From Acaryochloris thomasi RCC1774 (GTDB lineage Bacteria; Cyanobacteriota; Cyanobacteriia; Thermosynechococcales; Thermosynechococcaceae): a stretch of 32,000 nucleotides of DNA. Positions within the stretch are counted from its first letter, which is position 1. Each line of letters opens with the position of its first letter. This document shows, piece by piece, positions 16,912-25,732 of the stretch. A program made the position numbers and the translations under genes. The stretch is taken from positions 330,001 to 362,000 of the forward strand of contig NZ_PQWO01000003.1 in NCBI RefSeq assembly GCF_003231495.1. The letters run 5' to 3'. The notes beneath the pieces were generated by a model. It was given only the letters and a program-made list of their open reading frames with translations. It was not told the DNA's origin and did no database searches.

Positions 16912-17139
16912 ATGGCTCACACCATTGTCACTGACGTTTGCGAAGGCGTAGCCGATTGCGTCGATGCCTGTCCCGTTGGCTGTATCCATGATGGTCCTGG
17001 TAAAAATACGAAAGGAACAGATTGGTACTGGATTGACTTTGCCACCTGTATTGACTGCGGTATTTGCCTGCAGGTTTGTCCTGTAGAGGGCGCTATTGTG
17101 GCCGAAGAGCGAGCTGACTTACAAAAAACACCGACTTAA
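16912..17139 (+). CDS. Ferredoxin, Azotobacter-type 7Fe-like ([3Fe-4S][4Fe-4S] Cys pattern)
   Basis: 75 aa. Cys pattern CxxxxxCxxxCP...CxxCxxCxxxCP (CEGVADCVDACP, CIDCGICLQVCP). Confidence 0.85.
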   Translation: MAHTIVTDVCEGVADCVDACPVGCIHDGPGKNTKGTDWYWIDFATCIDCGICLQVCPVEGAIVAEERADLQKTPT

Positions 17140-17143
17140 GGCG

Positions 17144-17245
17144 ATGTGCGACTTAATCGCTGAAACCCTTGTATTCTCATTGCCTCTCATAAAACAGAGC
17201 GACCAGGAACAACGCAGTATCAAGTCTTTCAGAAAAGTCGCACAT
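17144..17245. repeat. 11-bp perfect inverted repeat with 80-nt spacer between ferredoxin and antiporter genes
   Basis: atgtgcgactt (17144-17154) and aagtcgcacat (17235-17245). The hexamer gactta recurs four times in 17115-17256. Confidence 0.5.
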
Positions 17246-17372
17246 GGCCTGACTTAACAATCTTGCAAAGAGAGCTGCAATCTTAGGAAGCTGTCCAAGT
17301 GAAAGAATGCTGGATCTCCTGACCCGTTGGGGCGCTCTCACTTAGCCAGGATGCATTCTTCTCCAGTACTAG

Positions 17373-19214
17373 CTACACTTTCTCCGGTGTCGGTTCCGCT
17401 GCGACTGGCTTAGGGATATGGAGGAGATAAATGACCCGATCGCCAGGCTGCCAGTCTTCATCTGCCTTAGCAATTCGTATCTGATCCTGACGTTCTACCA
17501 GCATGGGCGTGAGCGTCCCGGCCTTGGCTAAAGCCCGCAGGTGATTGCGCTGCTTCTGGCATTTCCCTTCATCGGTGTCTAGGACTGTCTCATTCACTTT
17601 GACTTCGCTTTTCGCCAGATACTGGTTCCATTTTTTAATCGATAGCTTGGGTGAGAAAGCGCGCTTGATCTCAGGGCTAATGGGCGTATCCGTTCCTGGC
17701 TTCGGGTCGGCCTTCGTGGGGAATGCCGCAAGTACTCGAGGCGGATGGAATTCTTCATTCACCCGTTCGGCTAAAACTGAATTGACCTCTAGGTTGCTGG
17801 TGACGGTTAAAAATGTCCCCACGGAAGAAACGCCTGCGCTGTTCAGAGCTTCCATATCTAAGGCACTGGTCTGGTAGACGCGCAGATTCTCAGACCGAGC
17901 CTGCTGGCAATAGTCGGGGTTGGCATCGATCATTACCACATCTTCCCCGCGATTTTTGAGGAGGTGGGCGAGCTGGCGTCCAAAAGCATTACAGCCCACA
18001 ATCATCGCACCACTGGCTTCGTCGGAGCGCACCTTAAGCCAGCCCGCGACCCAGCGTGCGGTCAGGCCCTGGACAAACACCGTCAGAATAATGGTCAAGA
18101 ATACAAGGGCCTTAATGGCATCGCCGCCATTGATGCCCTGCTGCGTCAGCGAGATAGAGAACAGTGACGCCACGGAAGCCGCCACAATGCCCCGAGGGGC
18201 GACCCAGGAGAGAAATGCTTTTTGTCGCCAGTTGAGATCGCTGTTCCAGGTGGACACAATGATATTGATGGGGCGCACCACGAACATCAAGACTAAAACC
18301 GTCAGGAAGCCACCCGGTCCTAAAGCAAAGATACTGGCAATGGATAGATCGGCTGACAGTAAGATAAACAGCACTGAGATTGCCAGGATGCTGAGCTGGT
18401 TCTTAAACCGACGCAGCAGCCGTTCCTCTGGGACTGATGCCACCCGCAGCATGATTCCCGCCGCTACCGCTGTCATCAGACCCGATTCGTTGAGCAGCGT
18501 CTGTGCCGCACCAAATAATCCCCACAAACCCGCGAGAACTGACAGATTTTTCAAGTCCTCGGAGAGAAACTCCGCTTTTTTGAGCAGTAGACCCAGGAGC
18601 CAGCCGCCCCCGACGCCGATGGCTCCACCAATCCCCAACCGCAGCGTTAGACCGCTGATAATTGTATAGGGGTCTGCATTACCTCGCAGCACAATGTTGA
18701 GGACTACTACCGCCAGAATCGCACCCACGGGGTCAATGATCACTCCTTCCCCTTCTAGGAGGGTCGAGACTTTGCGATCTGCTCCTACTTGCTTGAGCAG
18801 CGGTGCAATAACGGTGGGGCCCGTGACCACGACTAAAGAGGCATAGAGAAAGGCAATCTGCCAAGGAAATTCACTTAGCCAGTGGGCTGCCATGCCGCCC
18901 CCTAGCAGCGTGATCAGTGAACCGATGGTGACTAAGTTGCGAAGACTGCTGGAAACTTCTTCGACTTCACGCAGCTGCAGGTTCAGGCCACCTTCAAATA
19001 GAATGAGCGCCACAGAGAGAGACACCATCACCTCTAGGCCACTACCTAATAGAGAGGGATGGATAACTCCAAGGCCGCTGGGTCCCAATAAGATGCCAAA
19101 GGACAGCAGAAAGACGATGCTGGGCACCTTGAGGTAGTCTGCAATCACCTGGGCGGCGATTCCCGCGACCACTGTGATCACCATTAGCAGCGTAATGTCT
19201 AGGCTCCCTTCCAT
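17373..19214 (-). CDS. Cation:proton antiporter (CPA1/NhaP type) with C-terminal RCK/TrkA-like domains
   Basis: 613 aa. The N-terminal ~400 aa are polytopic (about 11-12 TM helices). The C-terminal part begins with a Rossmann-like MIVGCNAFGRQLAHLLKNRGEDVVMID and ends with a TrkA-C-like tail. Confidence 0.85.
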   Translation of the reverse strand: MEGSLDITLLMVITVVAGIAAQVIADYLKVPSIVFLLSFGILLGPSGLGVIHPSLLGSGLEVMVSLSVALILFEGGLNLQLREVEEVSSSLRNLVTIGSLITLLGGGMAAHWLSEFPWQIAFLYASLVVVTGPTVIAPLLKQVGADRKVSTLLEGEGVIIDPVGAILAVVVLNIVLRGNADPYTIISGLTLRLGIGGAIGVGGGWLLGLLLKKAEFLSEDLKNLSVLAGLWGLFGAAQTLLNESGLMTAVAAGIMLRVASVPEERLLRRFKNQLSILAISVLFILLSADLSIASIFALGPGGFLTVLVLMFVVRPINIIVSTWNSDLNWRQKAFLSWVAPRGIVAASVASLFSISLTQQGINGGDAIKALVFLTIILTVFVQGLTARWVAGWLKVRSDEASGAMIVGCNAFGRQLAHLLKNRGEDVVMIDANPDYCQQARSENLRVYQTSALDMEALNSAGVSSVGTFLTVTSNLEVNSVLAERVNEEFHPPRVLAAFPTKADPKPGTDTPISPEIKRAFSPKLSIKKWNQYLAKSEVKVNETVLDTDEGKCQKQRNHLRALAKAGTLTPMLVERQDQIRIAKADEDWQPGDRVIYLLHIPKPVAAEPTPEKV

Positions 19215-19407
19215 CTACGACTGCCTCAGCTTGTGCGCCTCATGTCCCTGTGGGTGCACCCTGGTCATGGTCTGATTCCTTTACAAAGCAACGCCAACTT
19301 TACGCTTTAACCCCTTGCGAGATCATTCTATTGTGCCTCAACAGTATGCCCATTTCTCCTGATGTTGCCTACGGGTAGCAGGCCGTTCGAAGCAGGGAGA
19401 GACAGAT

Positions 19408-20283
19408 CTATTGAGATTCTAATCGTTTTGCCCGCAGGCGTTGAATCCCCTGAAAAAGAAGCGTTTCATCACAGACTAACTGATTTTGACAGGGTTCGTA
19501 CCCTTGGCCGGGTATTTGGAGGACGGCTGTGGCAGAAGACGCTGTAGAGTTGCACAGGGCCTGCAGACCTTGAAAAATCTGCTGATGATCGCCACCCGTG
19601 AGGACGATGTGGCTGTGAGAAAAGTCTTGACACCAGCTTTGAATGAAATCAGATAGCCCTGCCCAAATCGTATAGAGCACGCCGCTGCGCATAGCGTCGG
19701 CTGTATTTTTCGCCCAGCGTGGCGGCATTGGATCGGTGGGTTGGAGATCGGGAAGCGGGGTTGCCTGCGTCAGAGAACGTAGCTGGAGGGCGATGCCCGG
19801 TAGAATCGCTCCACCCACTAAGTGACCGCTGGCATTGGCCCCGGTGAGTGTTAGGGCAGTGCCGCCATCGATGACTAACATGGGCCAGCCGTAGATTTCT
19901 CCGGCGGCCCAGAGGGCTAGGGCGCGATCGCAACCCAACGACGTATACATTCCGGGCAGGGGAATATCAGTAAGCTGCAGCAGCGTTCCCCGAGGATAGC
20001 CCTGCCATAGCTGGGTTTGATGGGGCACAACCGAAAGAATCCACAACGACGGCCACTGTCTTTCTTCATCAGATGTACCGCCCTCATCTATACATTGCAA
20101 CGCTGGAGAGAGCACCTGCCACTCAGCCCACTGCTGAGGCGTCTTTGCATCTCCGTTTGTGTAGGGGATATCCCAGGTTTGCTGCAGCTTAGAACCCGAA
20201 AACATAGCCCAGTGTTGCCGAGAATTGCCCACCACTAGAGCACACCAGCGCTCCTCCGACCGCTCAAGGTTGGCTCGGGACAT
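19408..20283 (-). CDS. coaX: Type III pantothenate kinase
   Basis: N-terminal ALVVGNSRQHWAMF (phosphate-1 motif region), VIDGGTALTLTG and GGAILPGIALQLRSL. The sole possible start, ATG 20283, overlaps the upstream gene by 20 nt. Confidence 0.82.
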   Translation of the reverse strand: MSRANLERSEERWCALVVGNSRQHWAMFSGSKLQQTWDIPYTNGDAKTPQQWAEWQVLSPALQCIDEGGTSDEERQWPSLWILSVVPHQTQLWQGYPRGTLLQLTDIPLPGMYTSLGCDRALALWAAGEIYGWPMLVIDGGTALTLTGANASGHLVGGAILPGIALQLRSLTQATPLPDLQPTDPMPPRWAKNTADAMRSGVLYTIWAGLSDFIQSWCQDFSHSHIVLTGGDHQQIFQGLQALCNSTASSATAVLQIPGQGYEPCQNQLVCDETLLFQGIQRLRAKRLESQ

Positions 20284-20686
20284 ACTTCACCATGTGCAAA
20301 TAGTTCTGTACATCATGCAGCCGCTCGTAGCTGAGCCGATCTGCAACCTGATTCATAATAATCAGTCCTCGCCCTCGGTCTGACTCTCGATCTTCTAGAG
20401 GCATTTTTGCTAACTGCTGTAGAAGATTAAAGAAGGGGCCCTGATCCCAGACGTACAGCTCCAGGTACTCTGGCGCTATTTTGACTTCAATATCGATGGG
20501 GGTTTCAACGGGTAAACCTCGATGAGCATGGCGGACTGCATTGGTAAAGCCTTCCGCTAAGGCAATTTGACAGCGAAGCCAGTCCATCTCTGAAAGAGAG
20601 ACATGATCAATCTGATTAAGCCAATCTAGTATGGTACTGAGATTCTTTAAATCAGTACTGACCTGGAGATGGTGATGCTTCAGCAC
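20264..20686 (-). CDS. Anti-sigma-factor-type serine kinase (RsbW/SpoIIAB-like HATPase)
   Basis: 140 aa. EGFTNAVRHAH (N-box), DQGPFF (G1-like), GRGLIIMNQVADRLSY (G2). Starts at GTG; there is no ATG upstream of the conserved region. Confidence 0.8.
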   Translation of the reverse strand: MLKHHHLQVSTDLKNLSTILDWLNQIDHVSLSEMDWLRCQIALAEGFTNAVRHAHRGLPVETPIDIEVKIAPEYLELYVWDQGPFFNLLQQLAKMPLEDRESDRGRGLIIMNQVADRLSYERLHDVQNYLHMVKYVPSQP

Positions 20687-20906
20687 ATTGGGTAACCCGT
20701 AACAAAGGAGCGAACCAACTGATTTTTGGAGCTAATCGTCTGGGAGATATCCTGATCGCTGAGTCTCCTAACGCTGTTGGGAAACCGCATCAGTGGGAGA
20801 ATTCTTAAAGGACTGTAGACATCGGCAGGGGGGCCAACGCTTCGTCTCGATTAAGTCCATGATCTCCTTGCTGATAGCAGATTAGCTCAAATCCTTACCC
20901 TCTAGC

Positions 20907-22067
20907 ATGTTGCACATTTTAATTATTGATGATGATCGCGTGACTTGCTTACTGCTGCAGCGGGTCCTTGAGCAGCAGGGGTACAGGGTGACGGTCGCGA
21001 CCAACGGTCAGGCTGGGATTGAACTCGCCCAATCTGTTCAGCCTGCCCTAGTGATCTGTGATTGGATGATGCCGATTATGGATGGCATTCAGGTCTGTCG
21101 AACGTTGAAGGCCGATCCGTCGCTATCCACCACGTTTTTTATTCTATTGACCTCTCGGGGAGACCTTGAAGACCGAATTAAGGGACTCAATGCTGGTGCC
21201 GATGAATTTTTAAGCAAGCCCATTGATGCCAACGAGCTAAAGGCACGGGTGCGGGCTGGACTACGACTCTATCAGCTCAATCAAGATCTGTCTCAGCTTA
21301 ATCTGGCACTGCAGCAAGAGACCCAGCGTCTAGAGCAGGAGCGGGCTGAGGCGGCTGACTATGTGCGCTCCATTTTGCCAGATCCCATGGAATCGCCCTG
21401 CACGATTCGATCTCGGTTTGTGCCCTCTAGCCAGCTGGGGGGGGATTGTTTTGATTATTTTTGGATCACGCCGGAGTCTCTGGTTCTTTACCTGCTAGAT
21501 GTCTCGGGGCACGGTCTCAAGTCGGCGCTCTCTTCGGTTCAGATTTTGCAGGTGCTGCGCTCCCGAGGGCTGGGCGCTGACTATCAGAATCCCCAGGCGG
21601 TCCTGGAAGCGCTCAACCGTTTGTTTGCAATGGAGGAGCATGATTATCAATACTTCACGATTTGGTACGGTGTCTATCAGCCTGCTAAACAGGAGCTGGT
21701 TTACGCTACTGCTGGACATCCTCCGGCGTTATTGATTGGTGAGAGTCAGCCTATTGAGACTCAGCTACTAAAAACAAAGGGATTGCCCATCGGGATGTTC
21801 GCTGAGGCAGAATATTGTTGCGATCGCATCTCCATTCCCATTAACAGCACCCTCTATCTGTTTAGCGACGGCATTTATGAAATTCTGCAGCCCGACGGCC
21901 AAATCTGGGGGTTTCCGGCATTCGCTGAAGCACTCAAAAGCTCCCACAGCAAAGGTCAGCCCAGTCTAGACACGATTCTCGACCAAACCAAAACCCGCTG
22001 CGTCGCCGAGACCTTTAGCGATGATCTCTCTCTGCTACAAATTCACTTTACGGCAGATCTGCCCTAA
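20907..22067 (+). CDS. Response-regulator receiver fused to PP2C/SpoIIE phosphatase (RsbU-like)
   Basis: REC domain (ILIIDDD, VICDWMMP, LLTSRGD...K), a coiled linker, then a PPM/SpoIIE region (GGDCFDYF, LLDVSGHGLKSA, TAGHPPALL, LFSDGIYE). Confidence 0.88.
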   Translation: MLHILIIDDDRVTCLLLQRVLEQQGYRVTVATNGQAGIELAQSVQPALVICDWMMPIMDGIQVCRTLKADPSLSTTFFILLTSRGDLEDRIKGLNAGADEFLSKPIDANELKARVRAGLRLYQLNQDLSQLNLALQQETQRLEQERAEAADYVRSILPDPMESPCTIRSRFVPSSQLGGDCFDYFWITPESLVLYLLDVSGHGLKSALSSVQILQVLRSRGLGADYQNPQAVLEALNRLFAMEEHDYQYFTIWYGVYQPAKQELVYATAGHPPALLIGESQPIETQLLKTKGLPIGMFAEAEYCCDRISIPINSTLYLFSDGIYEILQPDGQIWGFPAFAEALKSSHSKGQPSLDTILDQTKTRCVAETFSDDLSLLQIHFTADLP

Positions 22068-22076
22068 GCCACTGTC

Positions 22077-22115
22077 GCTTTTGAAGCGACCCTAAGTCAC
22101 TGTCGCTTCAAAAGC
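22077..22115. terminator. 14-bp perfect hairpin shared by convergent phosphatase and STAS genes
   Basis: gcttttgaagcgac (22077-22090) pairs with gtcgcttcaaaagc (22102-22115) around an 11-nt loop. The right arm lies inside the last STAS codons. An alternative small hairpin is gtcgctt-ttg-aagcgac (22074-22090). Confidence 0.65.
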
Positions 22116-22409
22116 CGCACGATCTAAATAAATTTCAAATACCTGATGCGTATCCGTGAGGCCAAACAGCATATCAACCTGCTGATTGATCGCGCATAGA
22201 CAGAATCGACAGCCCTGGGCGCGAGACATCTTGAGAGCCAGCACCAGCGCTCCTAGGCCAGAGCTGTCCATAAACGTCACAGCCTGACAGTCCACTAGAA
22301 TAACAGTGGCTGCCGTATTTAAAGCTTGGCTGACCGCCTGGTGTAGGGCTGCCGCCGTCGTACCGTCTAAAATCTCAGTAGGCTGTATGATTTGCACATT
22401 GAGGCTCAT
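22092..22409 (-). CDS. STAS-domain anti-sigma-factor antagonist (RsbV/SpoIIAA-like)
   Basis: 105 aa. FMDSSGLGALV carries the conserved phosphorylatable Ser context (DSSG). Confidence 0.88.
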   Translation of the reverse strand: MSLNVQIIQPTEILDGTTAAALHQAVSQALNTAATVILVDCQAVTFMDSSGLGALVLALKMSRAQGCRFCLCAINQQVDMLFGLTDTHQVFEIYLDRAAFEATVT

Positions 22410-22517
22410 AGCTTCTCAACTAATCTCTTCGTTAAGGATGAACAACAGGCGATTCAGCGTCGGTGTCTTTAGGTTCTCCGTCGTCGGACAATGCCCTTTG
22501 GGTTCAGAATAGATCGT

Positions 22518-23387
22518 ATGCCTTGGACTCGGATTTTCAGCGGAATCATTGCCATTATCCTGGCTCTAGGGGGGACCATTCTGGGGGGCTGGTACTTTAC
22601 CGCTGGCCTCGCTATTCTCGTTTATCTGGCTCAGCTAGAGTATTTCCAACTGGTTCGTGCCAAGGGCATTTTGCCTGCAGGTAAGACGACCATCATTGTC
22701 AGTCAGGCACTGCTGATCATCTCGACGCTCTCCAATAATCTCGCGGATGCAGTTCTACCTGTGGCAGGTACTTTTATTTGCTTTTACCTGCTCTTTCAGC
22801 CAAAACTGGCCTCCATTGCCGATATCTCCACCTCAATTTTGGGTCTGTTCTACGGCGGCTATCTTCCGAGCTACTGGGTCAGAATCCGAGCCATCGATAG
22901 CGCCGGCACAAGCAACTTGGCTCTCAACGGCTTTTGGCCTGCTGATTGGGGACATTTCAGTGCTTTACCCACGGGTTTGGCCATTACCTTACTCGCCTTT
23001 GGATGTATCTGGGCGGCTGACATCGGGGCTTACACGATGGGCCGCCTCTTTGGTCGCACACAGTTGTCGAATATTAGTCCTAAGAAAACGGTTGAAGGTG
23101 CGGTCTTTGGCGTTGCAGGAAGTGTGGCCGTCGCGCTCCTGGGATCTTGGTCCTTGGGCTGGCCGCTCTGGTCGATTACGGGGACTGCCTTGGGGCTGTT
23201 AATTGGCGCTACGAGTCTACTGGGTGACCTGACTGAATCAATGATGAAACGCGATGCAGGCGTAAAAGATTCTGGACAATTGATTCCCGGCCACGGCGGT
23301 ATCTTAGATCGCGCCGATAGCTACGTTTTTACTGCACCGCTGGTCTATTACTTCGTGGTTCTTTTACTCCCGTTGTTCTCAAGCTAG
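22518..23387 (+). CDS. cdsA: Phosphatidate cytidylyltransferase (CDP-diglyceride synthase)
   Basis: Signature SMMKRDAGVKDSGQLIPGHGGILDRADSY and a polytopic membrane profile. Start at the MPWTRIF ATG (22518); the ORF track extends to 22491. Confidence 0.92.
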   Translation: MPWTRIFSGIIAIILALGGTILGGWYFTAGLAILVYLAQLEYFQLVRAKGILPAGKTTIIVSQALLIISTLSNNLADAVLPVAGTFICFYLLFQPKLASIADISTSILGLFYGGYLPSYWVRIRAIDSAGTSNLALNGFWPADWGHFSALPTGLAITLLAFGCIWAADIGAYTMGRLFGRTQLSNISPKKTVEGAVFGVAGSVAVALLGSWSLGWPLWSITGTALGLLIGATSLLGDLTESMMKRDAGVKDSGQLIPGHGGILDRADSYVFTAPLVYYFVVLLLPLFSS

Positions 23388-23401
23388 ATGTTGTCAATAA
23401 G

Positions 23402-23902
23402 ATGAATTGGCTTTGGAGAGAGCTTCACTATCTATTTGAAACTGATGATGGTTCGTTACCAGAGGTCTTGGTCAACTATTTCAAAACAGAATCTGTAGCA
23501 GTTGGCTACACATTACTACGCCAGCGCACCTCGGAGGTCATAACTGAGGCTCCATACTTTTGGTCAAATGCTCAAAACGAGGAGAAGCCTCTAGATTCAG
23601 TCAATAACCCAGCTGCACTTGTTACAACAGGCGCAGCTGCACCCTTTTGCGTTGTCTTTGGCGGTATACATTCTCAGGGAATAATACTTCCAGATCTTGG
23701 TGTGTTTGTTTGCCCTAGTTGCCTTGCTCTTTATTATCGTATGGGTTCTGAATGGGGGCCAGAGTCTCTAGAAGCCTTCTTTCGACTTCTTTTTGAACTC
23801 ACTACAATCGATCCAGAGACTAGGCTTTCTCTTGAAGAGGGTGTTTGTCCTGATATCGCGGCCCATTTCCAGCAGTGCTGGCAGTATTGGCTTGCAGAGT
23901 AG
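23402..23902 (+). CDS. Hypothetical protein (low-GC orphan)
   Basis: 166-aa ATG ORF 14 nt after the cdsA stop. 39 GC in the first 100 nt by hand count. No motif recognised. Confidence 0.5.
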   Translation: MNWLWRELHYLFETDDGSLPEVLVNYFKTESVAVGYTLLRQRTSEVITEAPYFWSNAQNEEKPLDSVNNPAALVTTGAAAPFCVVFGGIHSQGIILPDLGVFVCPSCLALYYRMGSEWGPESLEAFFRLLFELTTIDPETRLSLEEGVCPDIAAHFQQCWQYWLAE

Positions 23903-23974
23903 AGCATTTATCAAATTGCTAATCTAATGGAGCTCCCAAAACATATACCCCTTGTCCTCTGTAGATACTCACTA

Positions 23975-24964
23975 TTAGCTGCCTAGCTTAGCTCGGAGCT
24001 TTTGCCAGAGCTTCTGGCTTCGTAGCTGAACAATTCGTCCCGAGGTTAAGGGCTGAATGTTGGAGGCATATTTCTCTTGGTGATCAAACAAGGTATTCAC
24101 TTCTAGGAGAACCGTCTGCAAGCGACGAAGTATATTATCGGTACGATATTCTGCGAGCACCTGTTCAGAAAGGCTGAGCGATTTCGGTGCTGAAAGTGCA
24201 CTTAAAATTCGCTGCACGTCAAACTCACAAGAATACCCAGCAATGTTGTGGCAGTTGAACCCTGGATCTAGATAATCCGACAGCCCCCCATTGACGCTAG
24301 AAAACACCTGACAGCCACAGGCAGCGGCTTCCATCGGCTGTAGGCCAAACCCCTCGCTGACACCTTCTCTAGCCCAATATTCAGCAGAGTCATAGAGATA
24401 GATCTTCGCCCGGTTGAAAAGCTGTGAGAGATCTTCGACAAAGGTATCTAGAACAAACACATTACACTTTTCCTGCAGGGCCGGGACCAGTTGCTGCAGC
24501 AGATATTCAGAAGACTTGCGGGCCTGCACCAATACATCGATATCTCGGGGCTGCTCTAAGTTGCAGAACCGATCCGAGATTTGGTTAGGCAAATAGTAGA
24601 TCAAAGAGTGCGGTGCCCACTGCCCCCAATAGCCCATTGTGTTGCGGCTGACAGTAATGATCGGAACGCTGGCGGGTAGCCGAAAGCCGTATCCAGAGCT
24701 GTGGGCGTGGTAGAGAGTGTGATGCGCCTTCAACCGTTTTGCTAGCTTCGGTACATCGAAGCCCCAACTCAACACAAAGATCACGTCATCCGGTGCTTGC
24801 AGAACGTCATCAAGGAACGGAGTCTTAGGCTCTCGCTGTCGATAGGTGACCACCTCTGCTGAGCAGACCTGCTGCGCCAGCGCCAGCGCATTCAGCTCTG
24901 CGAACAAGCCACCGCAAGCAAACTTGCCGGTCGTTCCGGGCAGCAGGAAATATAGCTTTCTCAT
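23975..24964 (-). CDS. GT-B glycosyltransferase (GT4-like, EX7E motif)
   Basis: EGFGLQPMEAAACGCQVFSS contains the E-x7-E motif typical of retaining GT4 enzymes. Start at the MRKLYFLLPG ATG (24964). Confidence 0.7.
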   Translation of the reverse strand: MRKLYFLLPGTTGKFACGGLFAELNALALAQQVCSAEVVTYRQREPKTPFLDDVLQAPDDVIFVLSWGFDVPKLAKRLKAHHTLYHAHSSGYGFRLPASVPIITVSRNTMGYWGQWAPHSLIYYLPNQISDRFCNLEQPRDIDVLVQARKSSEYLLQQLVPALQEKCNVFVLDTFVEDLSQLFNRAKIYLYDSAEYWAREGVSEGFGLQPMEAAACGCQVFSSVNGGLSDYLDPGFNCHNIAGYSCEFDVQRILSALSAPKSLSLSEQVLAEYRTDNILRRLQTVLLEVNTLFDHQEKYASNIQPLTSGRIVQLRSQKLWQKLRAKLGS

Positions 24965-25034
24965 CTCGCGGCTCCGCACATAGACGGGGTAAAGTACGGC
25001 ATAGTCCTCACTTAAAACATTTCTTTCAGAATAA

Positions 25035-25730
25035 ATGCAAACTCAACACGTATTGATAACCGGTGGAACGGGTGGCCTGGGTCTGGGGGTTACGCCGCAG
25101 ATTTTAATGGCAGGCGCGGAGGTTACAATCCCCTTTATCAATGAATCAGAGGTGAATCGCCTGCGGGAGCGACTATCTGCGGCTGAGCTGGCCCGCACTC
25201 ATTTTGTCAAAGCTGACCTGATGCAGGAATCTTCCGTGGCTGAGCTGGTGATGGGTATGCAGCGCGTCGATGTGTTGATTCATCTGGTGGGTGGGTTCGC
25301 CATGGGACCGACCCATGAATTTAGCGAACAGGATTGGATCCAAATGCTGGACCTCAATCTACGCACAGCATTTTTGTTGTGCAAGCATAGCCTCAAGCGG
25401 ATGCGACAGCATGGTTATGGCCGCATCGTCACCGTCGGCTCTCAGGGGGCTGTGCAGCCGGGTGGACAGCTTGCAGCCTACTGTGCGGCGAAGGCCGGTG
25501 TAGTGGCCTTGACCCAGTCCATTGCTGACGAGACCAGGGGAACTAACATTACGGCCAACGTAGTGCTGCCCAGCATCATTGATACCCCCAGCAACCGGGA
25601 AGCGATGGGTACCGAGCAGGTGGATCAATGGGTCAAGCCTGAATCTTTGGGTCAGGTAATCGGCTTTCTAGCTTCTGAGGCGGCTCAAGATATCAGGGGG
25701 GCGGCAGTTCCCGTCTACGGCAGTCTCTAA
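25035..25730 (+). CDS. Short-chain dehydrogenase/reductase (SDR)
   Basis: ITGGTGGLGLG (TGxxxGxG), the catalytic YCAAK (YxxxK), and the upstream GS of the catalytic tetrad. Confidence 0.85.
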   Translation: MQTQHVLITGGTGGLGLGVTPQILMAGAEVTIPFINESEVNRLRERLSAAELARTHFVKADLMQESSVAELVMGMQRVDVLIHLVGGFAMGPTHEFSEQDWIQMLDLNLRTAFLLCKHSLKRMRQHGYGRIVTVGSQGAVQPGGQLAAYCAAKAGVVALTQSIADETRGTNITANVVLPSIIDTPSNREAMGTEQVDQWVKPESLGQVIGFLASEAAQDIRGAAVPVYGSL

Positions 25731-25732
25731 TT

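Noticed and set aside
17144-17257. 37-aa ORF (MCDLIAETLVFSLPLIKQSDQEQRSIKSFRKVAHGLT) starting at the left arm of the 11-bp inverted repeat
   Set aside because: It has no Shine-Dalgarno sequence and no recognisable features, and the ATG is part of the repeat arm. It is probably incidental.
17920-18669. 249-aa plus-strand ORF inside the antiporter gene
   Set aside because: Its Arg/Ser/Pro-rich composition is typical of an antisense shadow ORF in GC-rich coding DNA. The minus-strand product is a coherent 613-aa transporter.
22747-23202. 151-aa plus-strand ORF within cdsA in another frame
   Set aside because: It lies wholly inside cdsA, whose frame carries the full CDS signature. No independent support exists.
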